DNA from: an uncultured Candidatus Actinomarina sp.
GTDB taxonomy: Bacteria; Actinomycetota; Acidimicrobiia; Actinomarinales; Actinomarinaceae
Length of the DNA stretch: 64,000 nucleotides
NCBI GenBank assembly: GCA_902596545.1
Contig: CACJUH010000001.1
Coordinates: forward strand, 6,858-70,857
Direction of reading: 5' to 3'
Shown here: one piece after another, positions 38,791 to 48,633 of the stretch
Position numbering within the stretch: the stretch's first letter is position 1
Layout of the letters: the number at the start of each line of letters is the position of its first letter
Notes under the pieces: generated by a model
The model's database searches: none
Seen by the model: only the letters and a program-made list of their open reading frames with translations
Told to the model about the DNA's origin: nothing
Made by a program: the position numbers and the translations under genes

Positions 38791-39309
38791 ATGGAAATTT
38801 TTGAGATTGTAACTTACTTCGTTCTTCTTTTATTGGTTTCAACTGCAGTAAGGGTTGTTACAACTTCAAACGTAATCCATGCAGCTATATCGCTTGTGTT
38901 TACGCTAGCTTTGACTTCAGTATTATTTTTACTTCTATCAACGGAGTTTGTTGCTCTTGTACTAGTCCTTGTCTATATTGGTGCGGTAATAGTTCTCTTT
39001 TTATTTGGAATTATGATTACTCGAGCACCATTAGGTAAAAACGCTGAGCTTGATAATGATAAAAACAAAAAGTTAGGGGCGGCAATCGCAGGCTCAATAT
39101 TTTTCTTGTTTTCATATATATTGGTAAATGGATTTGATGGCGAAGTTATTATAACTTCTGGATCATCTACTGAACTATTAGGAGAAATATTGCTTAGTAG
39201 ATTTGTTTTTCCTTTTGAATTAGTTTCATTTGTTTTACTTGCTGCACTAATTGGAGGAATAACTTTAGCCAGAAAAGATGAAGCACTAATAGATGAGGAT
39301 CAAGTATGA
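38791..39309 (+). CDS. nuoJ: NADH-quinone oxidoreductase subunit J, second copy
   Basis: Start placed at ATG 38791 (MEIFEIV), 3 nt after the nuoI2 stop. The track ORF 38746 is over-extended. Confidence 0.8.
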   Translation: MEIFEIVTYFVLLLLVSTAVRVVTTSNVIHAAISLVFTLALTSVLFLLLSTEFVALVLVLVYIGAVIVLFLFGIMITRAPLGKNAELDNDKNKKLGAAIAGSIFFLFSYILVNGFDGEVIITSGSSTELLGEILLSRFVFPFELVSFVLLAALIGGITLARKDEALIDEDQV

Positions 39310-39611
39310 TTGTCCAACCTGTGTTAGTGGTAGCAGCTGCTTTATTTTCATTAGGCATTTATGGAATCTTAGTTAGAAGAAATGCTGTAATGGTTCTCTT
39401 ATCTATTGAACTAATTCTTAACTCTGTAAATATAAATTTCATTATGTTTGATACAATGCTCGCTGATGTTTTAATGCAGGGACAAATTTTTACAATATTT
39501 ATTATCACAATTGCAGCAGCTGAGGTTGGTATAGGACTAGCGATTGTACTCATGTTATTTAGAAACAGACAAACAGCTAATATAAACGAATTTGATTTGA
39601 TGAAATGGTAA
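39306..39611 (+). CDS. nuoK: NADH-quinone oxidoreductase subunit K, second copy
   Basis: 101 aa, three TM helices, conserved Glu in TM2/3 (AAAEVGIGLA). Confidence 0.85.
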   Translation: MIVQPVLVVAAALFSLGIYGILVRRNAVMVLLSIELILNSVNINFIMFDTMLADVLMQGQIFTIFIITIAAAEVGIGLAIVLMLFRNRQTANINEFDLMKW

Positions 39612-41620
39612 ATTTTAAACCCACTGTTTTTGCTGAAGGTGAATTAGTTTACACCGACGGGGGAATCTTAGCTGAATATGCTTGGTTATTAGTAGTGTTG
39701 CCATTTGTAGCTGCATTAGTGATAACTTTTACAGGTAAATATTTGCCTTTGAAGGGAGCAGAAGTAGCTCTAACTACTATTGGAGTAATATTTTTGTACA
39801 GTGCCGCACTTATGTACCTTCACATTACAGGTGGTGTTGTAAATGAATTTTTTATAAATGTTGGAAGTATTGGTGTATTTGACATTGAGTTTGGCTGGGT
39901 AGTCGACGGACTTTCAATAATGATGTATTTTGTTGTTGGAACAGTTGCATTACTTGTTTTCATTTACGCAACAAATTATATGGAAGGTGAAATTAGATAT
40001 ACTTTTTTCTTTACATCATTAACTCTTTTTGCTGGAAGCATGTTAGTTTTAGTATCTTCTCCAACTCTTATTCAAATATTAATTGGATGGGAACTCGTTG
40101 GAGTTTGTTCTTACTTATTAATAGGTCACTACTGGGAGAAAAAAGATAATTCTTCTGCAGCCATGAAAGCTTTTATTACAAACAAAATAGCTGATGTAGG
40201 TTTGATGATTGGAATAATTATTTTAGCTTTAAACACTGGAACATTAAGAATTTCTGAAATTCTTTATCAGTCAACACATAATTATGAAAAGTTATCAACT
40301 GTTGCATTTGTTGCTGCAATTTTATTATTTATTGGTGCGATGGGCAAGAGTGCTCAATTTCCATTACATGTTTGGTTGCCTGATGCTATGGCTGGTCCAA
40401 CACCTGTCTCTGCACTTATGCATGCAGCAACAATGGTCACAGCAGGTGTCTATTTATTAGCAAGAATGTTTCCATTTTATAAAGCAATGGCACCAGAAGC
40501 ATTAGATGTTGTGATGCTTTTCGGTGTAATCACTTTATTAGCTGCTGGATTAATTGCTGTTGTTCAAGATGATCTAAAAAAGGTCCTTGCATACTCAACA
40601 GTGAGTCAGTTGGGATACATGGTTGCTGCAATTGGTTCAGGTGCATATACCGCTGCATTATTTCATTTATGGACACATGCATTTTTCAAAGCTCTATTGT
40701 TTTTGGGAGCAGGTTCTGTTATTCACGCTGTTCACAGCAATAGTATGTTGGAAATGGGTGGCCTAAGAAAAGTCATGCCAAAGACTTTTGCTACATTCAT
40801 AATAGGAACAGTTGCTTTGGCTGGACTTCCACCATTTGCAGGTTTCTTCTCAAAAGATGAAATTCTTGCTTCATTTAACCATGAAGGTGAAACAACTTTC
40901 TTTTTTATAGCAGTTCTAGGTGCATTTATAACAGCATTTTATATGACTCGAGCTGTATCTTTAACGTTCCTTGGAGAGTATAGAGGCCATGGCCATCCCC
41001 ACGAATCTCACAACCTCATGACAACACCACTTCTAACTCTGTCTGTCTTTGCAATAGCCTCAGGTTGGGTAAATATTCCAGGAGTGTACACAGGATTTAC
41101 AGACTGGGTTACAACTAGGAAGAATAAAATTGTTGAATACCATCCGGAAAGCTTTGACTTATTTGCACTATCAAGTGGCTTACTAGCTGGTTTGCTTGGC
41201 ATCGGACTTGGATATTATTTTTATCAACTACAAGGAAGTGCGGAAACAGGTGATGATAAAATTAAAATTCAACCTATCTGGTCAGTTCTTGAAAACAAAT
41301 ATTATTTAGATCACTTTTATTTCAAGTTTGTAATCGATCCAGTAAAAATTAACATTTCCAAAGCAGTAGATAAATTTAACACAAATGTAATTGATAGATT
41401 TGTAAATGGTTTTGGACAAGTTGCTTCCTTAATGGGTGGTGTTGTGTACAATAATTTTGATCAAAACGGAATTGATAAATTGTTGAACATGTCTTCAACT
41501 GGAACTGATAATTTTGGCGGTAAGGTCAAATTATTACAAACAGGCAAGACACAACAATATTTAATGCTGTTTTTAGGTGGCGTAGTGACAATTAGTTTAT
41601 TAATTTTATTTATAATATAG
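39605..41620 (+). CDS. nuoL: NADH-quinone oxidoreductase subunit L, second copy
   Basis: [26 protein letters not shown] motif. 671 aa. Confidence 0.9.
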   Translation: MVNFKPTVFAEGELVYTDGGILAEYAWLLVVLPFVAALVITFTGKYLPLKGAEVALTTIGVIFLYSAALMYLHITGGVVNEFFINVGSIGVFDIEFGWVVDGLSIMMYFVVGTVALLVFIYATNYMEGEIRYTFFFTSLTLFAGSMLVLVSSPTLIQILIGWELVGVCSYLLIGHYWEKKDNSSAAMKAFITNKIADVGLMIGIIILALNTGTLRISEILYQSTHNYEKLSTVAFVAAILLFIGAMGKSAQFPLHVWLPDAMAGPTPVSALMHAATMVTAGVYLLARMFPFYKAMAPEALDVVMLFGVITLLAAGLIAVVQDDLKKVLAYSTVSQLGYMVAAIGSGAYTAALFHLWTHAFFKALLFLGAGSVIHAVHSNSMLEMGGLRKVMPKTFATFIIGTVALAGLPPFAGFFSKDEILASFNHEGETTFFFIAVLGAFITAFYMTRAVSLTFLGEYRGHGHPHESHNLMTTPLLTLSVFAIASGWVNIPGVYTGFTDWVTTRKNKIVEYHPESFDLFALSSGLLAGLLGIGLGYYFYQLQGSAETGDDKIKIQPIWSVLENKYYLDHFYFKFVIDPVKINISKAVDKFNTNVIDRFVNGFGQVASLMGGVVYNNFDQNGIDKLLNMSSTGTDNFGGKVKLLQTGKTQQYLMLFLGGVVTISLLILFII

Positions 41621-41630
41621 GAGGGGAAAA

Positions 41631-43199
41631 GTGGAATTATTAACAAATGGTGTGGGGCTTTCTGTAGTAGTCTTCTTTCCTTTAATTAGTGCATTTATAA
41701 TTACCTTGATACCAAAAGCTCAGGAACAATTAATTAAAGGGTTTGCATTAGTCTCTTCACTAATCACTTTTGTTTTAAGTGCAGTCTTACTTTTTCAATT
41801 TGATTTTTCCTCAGCCGACAAACTCCAACTTGGTAATAAGATATCGTGGATTAAAAGTATAAATGCAAATTATGAAATAGGTATAGACGGCATATCCCTT
41901 CCCCTTTTAGTGTTATCAACATTTATTACAGTGCTAGCAATAATTTATTCTATAGAACATTTACCTGAGCCAAAAAGCCCTAAAGGCTTTTTAGCTTTAA
42001 TACTTGTTCTTGAAACAGGAATGAATGGAACATTTGTCGCATTAGATTTGATTCTTTTCTTCGTATTTTTTGAAATTGTATTATTGCCTATGTACTTTAT
42101 GATCGGAATATGGGGTGATAAGACTGTAAGGACTGTATCTGGATTTAAAAATCAAATAGAGACAAGACTTTATGCAAGTATCAAGTTTTTTGTTTTCACT
42201 CTATTTGGATCGGCTTTTATGCTTCTTGGTTTTTTGGGGCTTTATTATCGTGGAAATAAAACATTTAGTATTCCTGAGTTAATTGAACTGGGAACCTCAG
42301 GCGCATTTACAGGAACATTTGCAACGCTGGTATTTGCAGTATTATTTTTGGGATTTGCTGTAAAAGTCCCAATGTGGCCTCTTCATACATGGCTTCCAGA
42401 TGCACATACAGCAGCTCCAACTGTTGGTTCAGTATTACTGGCTGCAATTCTATTGAAGCTTGGATCATACGGTTTTGTTAGAATTGCAATACCTATACTT
42501 CCAGAGCAGGCAAAAGCATGGGCTCCAGCAATAGCTATTCTTTCGGCAATCGGAATTATATATGGATCTTTGGCTTGCCTTGCGCAAACAGATTTAAAGA
42601 GACTCATTGCATTTTCATCAGTTGGTCATATGGGATTTGTTATGTTAGGGATAGCTTCTCTTACACCTATAGGAATCAATGCGGCAATGATAGGAATGGT
42701 CGCGCACGGTGTAATCACTGGACTGTTGTTCTTCTTGTCAGGCTCTATGGCACATACTTACCACACAAGAGATATGGGAAGACTAGGAGGAAACATGAAG
42801 TTACTTCCAAAAACGGGTGCATTGCTTGGGTTTACTGCGATGGCGTCATTAGGTCTTCCTGGTCTTGCTGGATTTTGGGGAGAATTCATGGCTTTATTAG
42901 GAGCTTACAATCCACTAGATGGTTTAAATATAACTGTATTTAGAACCTCAATGGTTGCTGGAGCTATTGGAACTGTCTTAACTGCAGGTTATTTACTTTG
43001 GATGTTACAAAGAGTTAATTTAGGAGAACCATCAGATGAATGGATAGACAAAGACCTTCATGATGCAGACATTTATGAACTTTCAGCATGGATTCCACTA
43101 GTTGTTTTAACAGTATTAATTGGGGTATTTCCTAAATTAATATTTGGTGCAACAAATGATGCAGTTATAGCAATGCTATCCAAAGCCTTTGGGGGTTAA
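41631..43199 (+). CDS. nuoM: NADH-quinone oxidoreductase subunit M, second copy
   Basis: HTWLPDAHTAAPTVGS motif. RBS GGAGGGG upstream. Confidence 0.9.
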   Translation: MELLTNGVGLSVVVFFPLISAFIITLIPKAQEQLIKGFALVSSLITFVLSAVLLFQFDFSSADKLQLGNKISWIKSINANYEIGIDGISLPLLVLSTFITVLAIIYSIEHLPEPKSPKGFLALILVLETGMNGTFVALDLILFFVFFEIVLLPMYFMIGIWGDKTVRTVSGFKNQIETRLYASIKFFVFTLFGSAFMLLGFLGLYYRGNKTFSIPELIELGTSGAFTGTFATLVFAVLFLGFAVKVPMWPLHTWLPDAHTAAPTVGSVLLAAILLKLGSYGFVRIAIPILPEQAKAWAPAIAILSAIGIIYGSLACLAQTDLKRLIAFSSVGHMGFVMLGIASLTPIGINAAMIGMVAHGVITGLLFFLSGSMAHTYHTRDMGRLGGNMKLLPKTGALLGFTAMASLGLPGLAGFWGEFMALLGAYNPLDGLNITVFRTSMVAGAIGTVLTAGYLLWMLQRVNLGEPSDEWIDKDLHDADIYELSAWIPLVVLTVLIGVFPKLIFGATNDAVIAMLSKAFGG

Positions 43200-43276
43200 A
43201 AATTTCTATAAATTATTTTGCAATATCTACTGAACTTATTGTAGTTTTTACCATAGTTGGAACACTAATTCTTGAT

Positions 43277-44680
43277 TTGATTCTTCCAAGAAAATCAAAA
43301 TATTATGTAGCTGCTTTTGCACTTCTTGGAACTTTATTTTCTTTGGCACCTTTAGTAATTCAATGGGCAAATTATACGTCACCTATATATGCTTTTGAAA
43401 ATAGCTTTGTCGTTGATAAATTTTCAATTATTTTAAAAGGACTATTTATACTAATTACTTATTTAACCTTCCTTCTCTCAATCAACTTCATTGAAAGCGA
43501 TAAGTATTACCAAGGAGAATATTATTACCTATTATTAAGTTCTCTATTAGGCGCACTAATTGTCAGCTCTTCTAGGGATTTGTTAACCATATTTATTGGT
43601 ATTGAACTTGCTTCTACTCCGATGTTTTTACTTTCTGGATGGAAAAAAGGTGATCGAAAATCAAATGAGGGTGCAATTAAATTTTTTCTATTAGGCGTAT
43701 TATCAGCTTCCCTTATATTGTATGGATTTTCGCTTCTGTATGGTCTTTCAGGCAAACTCGTTTTTTCTGAGATCTCTTCACATTTGCTTAGTGCATCACT
43801 TGCTAATTCTCCAGTAGTATTACTGAGTGCAATATTAGTAATATCTGGAATTGGATTTAAGATTTCCGTAGTTCCTTTTCATTCATGGGCACCAGACACA
43901 TACGAGGGAGCACCCTTACCTGTAACTGCATATCTATCTGTTAGTTCAAAAGCAACTGGTTTTGTTGCTCTCATTATTTTATTAACCAAAGTTTTTGCAG
44001 GATCAGGATCAAGCTGGGGAATAATTCTTGTGATTATCTCAGGCTTGACTATGACACTTGGTAATTTGGTCGCATTGCAACAAAATAACCCAGTTAGACT
44101 TTTAGCTTATTCATCTATTTCACAAGCTGGTTTTATATTAGCCCCAATTGCAATATCTGGAATTACCGGGGATTATCAAGATGGAATTTTTGCAAGTGTT
44201 ACTTATCTGATTATTTACGCATTTATGAATTTAGGAGCATTCTTGTCCGTGCATCTTTTTAGTAATTATGCCGGATCAACAAACTTCTATGAGTGGGGAG
44301 GGGTTGCGAGAAAATCACCTTTAGCCGGAGTCTTAACAACAGTCTTCTTTTTCTCGCTTGCAGGAATACCTCCTTTAGGTGGTTGGTTTGCAAAGTTTGT
44401 AGTATTTAGAAGCTTATTAGGCTCTGCAAATTCAATTGGAATTGCTCTCGGAGTTGTTGGTGCAATAAATGCTGTTATTGCCTTAGTTTATTATGCGAGA
44501 ATATCAAAAGTTATATGGATGGATGAACCTAAATCTATCAATGAGGAGAAAATTTTTCAATTTGAAAACCCTCTTAAAGTGGTTGGTGTATTCACTGTTC
44601 TCATAACATTCGTTTCTGGAATTTTTCCAGGGATTTTCAGTTATCTTGGAGAAGTATCCTCGATATTTTTTGGCAATTAA
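43277..44680 (+). CDS. nuoN: NADH-quinone oxidoreductase subunit N, second copy (N-terminus probably longer than annotated)
   Basis: FHSWAPDTYEGAPLPVTA motif. The reading frame is open back to 43160 and encodes a TM1-like ISTELIVVFTIVGTLILDLI, but has no ATG/GTG/TTG upstream of TTG 43277. Confidence 0.85.
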   Translation: MILPRKSKYYVAAFALLGTLFSLAPLVIQWANYTSPIYAFENSFVVDKFSIILKGLFILITYLTFLLSINFIESDKYYQGEYYYLLLSSLLGALIVSSSRDLLTIFIGIELASTPMFLLSGWKKGDRKSNEGAIKFFLLGVLSASLILYGFSLLYGLSGKLVFSEISSHLLSASLANSPVVLLSAILVISGIGFKISVVPFHSWAPDTYEGAPLPVTAYLSVSSKATGFVALIILLTKVFAGSGSSWGIILVIISGLTMTLGNLVALQQNNPVRLLAYSSISQAGFILAPIAISGITGDYQDGIFASVTYLIIYAFMNLGAFLSVHLFSNYAGSTNFYEWGGVARKSPLAGVLTTVFFFSLAGIPPLGGWFAKFVVFRSLLGSANSIGIALGVVGAINAVIALVYYARISKVIWMDEPKSINEEKIFQFENPLKVVGVFTVLITFVSGIFPGIFSYLGEVSSIFFGN

Positions 44681-44683
44681 GAT

Positions 44684-45700
44684 TTGCCGAAACAAAACTT
44701 TTTCTCTTATTTACATGACAAATATGACACAGAATTTATATATTTCGACACTTTTATGGAGGAAGCTTTATATTCGGATCTAGGATTTTTTAATACTGAT
44801 CAAGTAAGGTCTGATAAAGAAGGCGATTTTTTAACATCTCCAGAAGTTTCTAAATATTTTGGAAAAATAATACGAAATTGGATCCATTCTGAAAGTAATT
44901 TAAAAAATATTATTGAAATAGGTTCTGGAACAGGTTCCTTGATTGAACAAATAGGAATAAAAGAAATTACTGCAGTTGAACTGTCTTCTACTGCAAGAGA
45001 AGAATTAATTAAAAAAGGGATAGACACACATGCAACTATTGATGAATTGACAACTAAAACTTCTGATTTAATTTTTGGAAATGAAATATTAGACAATATC
45101 CCATGCTCTATTGGATTATATAAAGATGAAGGTTGGTATGAAAAAGTAGTGTTATTAGAGGAGAACTCACTGGCATATGGCTTAAGACCTATCAGAAATA
45201 AAGAACTTGATTGGATAAATAAAAATAATATAGTTCCGAATGAAGATTATGAGTTCGAGATTCAAGTCAATATTGATAAATTTTTAAATTCAGTCATCAA
45301 AAAAATCAATCCGGGAAAAATATTACTTTTTGATTATGGTTATGAACAAAAAAACAGGGACAAGAGAATGTATAGTTCATTGTTAAGAACATACAAAAAT
45401 CATCATCTATCTGTTGATCCTATTGATGATCCAGGAAATACTGACATTACTTACGACGTAAACTTCTCATCTATATCTAGTGAGCTTAAATACCTTGGTT
45501 ATGATGTAACTTTAAAATTACAAAGAGATTTTTTACTTGATAATGGATTCAATATATTTTTTGATGAGCTGCAAGAAAAGTATATAGCTGCTGAAGGAAT
45601 TGAGAAATTAAAGATTAATTCCGAGTTGAATGGGATGAAAGCAATTGTTGATTCAAATGGCTTAGGAGGCTTTTACTGCCTAATTGCAGAAAAGTTATAA
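44684..45700 (+). CDS. MidA/DUF185-family SAM-dependent methyltransferase (homolog of mitochondrial complex I assembly factor NDUFAF7)
   Basis: EALYSDLGFFNTDQVRSDKEGDFLTSPEVSKYFGKII...IIEIGSGTGSLIEQ matches the MidA/NDUFAF7 signature (ALY.P..GYY....GDF.TAPE.S..FGE.....E.GpGtG.L). Starts 3 nt after the nuoN2 stop. Confidence 0.7.
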   Translation: MPKQNFFSYLHDKYDTEFIYFDTFMEEALYSDLGFFNTDQVRSDKEGDFLTSPEVSKYFGKIIRNWIHSESNLKNIIEIGSGTGSLIEQIGIKEITAVELSSTAREELIKKGIDTHATIDELTTKTSDLIFGNEILDNIPCSIGLYKDEGWYEKVVLLEENSLAYGLRPIRNKELDWINKNNIVPNEDYEFEIQVNIDKFLNSVIKKINPGKILLFDYGYEQKNRDKRMYSSLLRTYKNHHLSVDPIDDPGNTDITYDVNFSSISSELKYLGYDVTLKLQRDFLLDNGFNIFFDELQEKYIAAEGIEKLKINSELNGMKAIVDSNGLGGFYCLIAEKL

Positions 45701-45724
45701 ATTTAAAGTTTTTATAATTAAATT

Positions 45725-46561
45725 ATGAATTTTGTAAAGACCACAGCCCTTCTAACACTAATGACTTTAGTTGTAATGTTCTCTGCTACAGCTTTTGGTT
45801 TTGATCTCGTCTCAGCACTTTTTTTTGCTTTAATTTTTAATGGATTCATCTATTTTTTTTCAGGAAATTTAGCTATTAAATCAACTCGTGCTCAGCCAAT
45901 AAAAGATGGAGAATTTAATGAAGTAACTCAAATTATTTCTCACCTAACGCAAAAAGAAAAAATGCCAATGCCAGAACTGTATGTTATTAATAGTGATCAA
46001 CCAAATGCATTTGCAACAGGTAGAAATCCAAAAAACGCAAAAGTTGCAGTAACTACAGGTATAATAAACCTCCTTAATAGAGATGAGTTAGAAGGCGTTT
46101 TGGCCCATGAATTGTCACATATAAAAAACAGAGATATTTTAGTATCTAGCATTGCTGCAATGTTGGCAGCTGCAGTTTCTTTTATGTCCAGGATGGCTTT
46201 TTGGGGTGGTGGAAACAGAAATAGAAACACACATCCTGCAATAATAATTTTGGCATTTATTGCAGCTCCTATAGCTTCTTTAATCATAAGAATGGCAATA
46301 TCGAGAACTAGAGAATTCGGTGCTGACAAAACTGGTGCAGAAATCTCGGGTAACCCATTAGCTTTAGCATCAGCTCTAGAAAAAATTGAGCGATACTCAA
46401 AAGTTCCGATGAATGTAAACCCTGCAGTTAGTCAACTTTTTATATCTGATCCATTAAAAGCTTTTTCTGGGAATAGTTTTAGTAAATTATTTTCAACTCA
46501 TCCGCCAACGATTGAAAGAGTAAGAAGATTAAGGCAAACTCAAAGTGGAATTAGGTATTAA
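45725..46561 (+). CDS. htpX: Zinc metalloprotease HtpX (peptidase M48)
   Basis: HELSHIKNRD (HExxH), EFGADKTGA and FSTHPPTIERV motifs. Four TM segments. Confidence 0.85.
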   Translation: MNFVKTTALLTLMTLVVMFSATAFGFDLVSALFFALIFNGFIYFFSGNLAIKSTRAQPIKDGEFNEVTQIISHLTQKEKMPMPELYVINSDQPNAFATGRNPKNAKVAVTTGIINLLNRDELEGVLAHELSHIKNRDILVSSIAAMLAAAVSFMSRMAFWGGGNRNRNTHPAIIILAFIAAPIASLIIRMAISRTREFGADKTGAEISGNPLALASALEKIERYSKVPMNVNPAVSQLFISDPLKAFSGNSFSKLFSTHPPTIERVRRLRQTQSGIRY

Positions 46562-46895
46562 TAGCACTCCATCGGTTCAACCAAATGAGGTTGAAAATTT
46601 CATTCAAGAAGGATGTGTCCTTGTTGATGTCAGGGAAATAGATGAATGGACATCTGGCCACCACGTAAATGCTATTCATATTCCAATGGGAGAAATAATG
46701 GAGAATATGAATAGTTTTCACCAAAATGAAAAATATATATTTGTATGTCGTTCTGGTTCAAGATCAGCCAGGGTGACTAACTATATGATTTCACAAGACA
46801 TAGAAGCTTATAACATGTCTGGTGGAATGAAAGAGTTAAGAAACTTTACTAAAAAAATTTATGACTCAGAAGGCAATCCAGGACAAATCATTTAA
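46545..46895 (+). CDS. Rhodanese-domain sulfurtransferase (single domain)
   Basis: VLVDVREIDEWTSGH...YIFVCRSGSRS active-site Cys loop. Confidence 0.75.
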   Translation: MELGINSTPSVQPNEVENFIQEGCVLVDVREIDEWTSGHHVNAIHIPMGEIMENMNSFHQNEKYIFVCRSGSRSARVTNYMISQDIEAYNMSGGMKELRNFTKKIYDSEGNPGQII

Positions 46896-46904
46896 ACTTT
46901 ATTT

Positions 46905-47861
46905 GTGATTATTTGTATTGGAAATGCTTTAGTCGATTCTTTAGAACAAATTGAAGAATTTGTTATCGATGAATTAAATTTAAACAAAGCAAGAATGACT
47001 TTAGTAGATAAAGAACGTTCGAATTTTCTTCTTCAAAATATGAAAAATCCAATTTACGAAGCGGGAGGTTCTGCAGCCAATACAGCGTATTGGATCTCAC
47101 AATTGGGCGGCAATGCTGGATTTATAGGAAAAATCTCAAATGATGATTTAGGTAAACAATTTAAGTTAAGTTTAAAAGATTCTGGCCTGAATGATTATAC
47201 AGTTTTTGAAAGTGAAGATAATCAAACTGGATTATGTGCAATCTTTATTACACCTGATGGTGAAAGAACAATGAACACTTATCTTGGAGCTGGTGAGCAT
47301 CTCTCAGTTGATGACTTACACATTGATGCAATTAAAGAAGCAAAAATTTTATATATGGAAGGTTACTTATGGGATAAACCTTCAAGTAAATCTGCTTTCT
47401 TAAATGCTGCAAAGATCAATAAAGAATCTGGAGGTCTAAATTCAATAAGTCTATCAGATGTATTTTGTGTTGAGATGCATCGAGATAGTTTTATAAGTTT
47501 TATTGCAGATGATATTGATTATGTATTTTGTAATGAAGATGAATTAAATTCTCTAACTCTTCAGAGTTCTACAAATGAATCATTTAAATATTTTGAAGAA
47601 AAATTTCCTAAAGTTAAAGAATTAATTTGTACTTTAGGATCAGAGGGAGCGGTAATTTTAAAGAATGGTGAAAGACATTCTTTTGAAGCAACCGAAGCAA
47701 GAGTTGTTGATAAGACTGGCGCAGGCGACTTTTTTGCAGCAGGATATCTCTATGGCTTACAAAAGGATCTTTCTGTTGATAAGTCAGCAAACTTTGCTAA
47801 TAAAAGTGCTGCACATGTTATTAGTGAGATTGGTGTAAGGCCTAAAAGAAAATTTAATTAA
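46905..47861 (+). CDS. PfkB-family carbohydrate/nucleoside kinase (adenosine kinase / ribokinase-like)
   Basis: GGSAANTA N-terminal motif and DKTGAGDFFAAGYLYG anion-hole/ATP motif. Confidence 0.75.
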   Translation: MIICIGNALVDSLEQIEEFVIDELNLNKARMTLVDKERSNFLLQNMKNPIYEAGGSAANTAYWISQLGGNAGFIGKISNDDLGKQFKLSLKDSGLNDYTVFESEDNQTGLCAIFITPDGERTMNTYLGAGEHLSVDDLHIDAIKEAKILYMEGYLWDKPSSKSAFLNAAKINKESGGLNSISLSDVFCVEMHRDSFISFIADDIDYVFCNEDELNSLTLQSSTNESFKYFEEKFPKVKELICTLGSEGAVILKNGERHSFEATEARVVDKTGAGDFFAAGYLYGLQKDLSVDKSANFANKSAAHVISEIGVRPKRKFN

Positions 47862-48628
47862 TCAGTCCAACCTATTAAATTTTGTATTTCTCTTTCTTCA
47901 TCATCAAAAATTTTCAAATTTACTTCTGAAAATTGTATTATTCCTGGTTTGGATTTATTATTTTTGGAAAAAATTATAAAATTTTCTTCCGAGTCTAATG
48001 CTGCAATATAGTCACCACTTGGTGACCAATGAAGAGACTCAAAGTAATAGTTGGTGGGTGCTTTCGATTTGAAAACTTCTATATTTTCCATTCTATTTGC
48101 ATAGTAGACTCCAATTACCCTTGAGCTATAATCAGACGTGTCCCATGGGTCAATTAGTTTTTCACCATATACATTCATCCTATTTCTGTCTTCAGAGTAA
48201 AAATTTGGTTGCTGTACCTTATCAACTACTTTTTTTGTCTCTATATTTATTATTAGCCCCATTTCGTCACCTGATGATTCATCCCAGTATCTGAGTAAGA
48301 TATTTTCATCTTCAAAGATTTCGGTATCGTAAAAGTAAATATCATATGACATGTCGTAAAGGTCGCTACTACAAATTATTTTTTCTTCTTTAAATGAATT
48401 AGCTTCAAGGTCAATTGATAAAATACATTCGTCCATAATATCTGGTGCGGGAGGAATTAAATTTTGACTTTGAACCTGAACATGATAAATTAATTTTCCT
48501 TTGAGTCCTTCTTCATTCTCTAAGATTTCATATTCTGGTAAAGGCACGACTCCAAATATAGCAACAATGATTGTAGTTATAAGAAGTATTCCAAGTGATA
48601 GGAATAAAGGAGTATTTTTTTGCTTCAT
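47858..48628 (-). CDS. Hypothetical membrane-anchored protein (N-terminal TM helix, beta-rich extracytoplasmic domain)
   Basis: Signal anchor LFLSLGILLITTIIVAIFGV. No recognised motifs. Confidence 0.4.
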   Translation of the reverse strand: MKQKNTPLFLSLGILLITTIIVAIFGVVPLPEYEILENEEGLKGKLIYHVQVQSQNLIPPAPDIMDECILSIDLEANSFKEEKIICSSDLYDMSYDIYFYDTEIFEDENILLRYWDESSGDEMGLIINIETKKVVDKVQQPNFYSEDRNRMNVYGEKLIDPWDTSDYSSRVIGVYYANRMENIEVFKSKAPTNYYFESLHWSPSGDYIAALDSEENFIIFSKNNKSKPGIIQFSEVNLKIFDDEEREIQNLIGWTD

Positions 48629-48633
48629 ATTTT

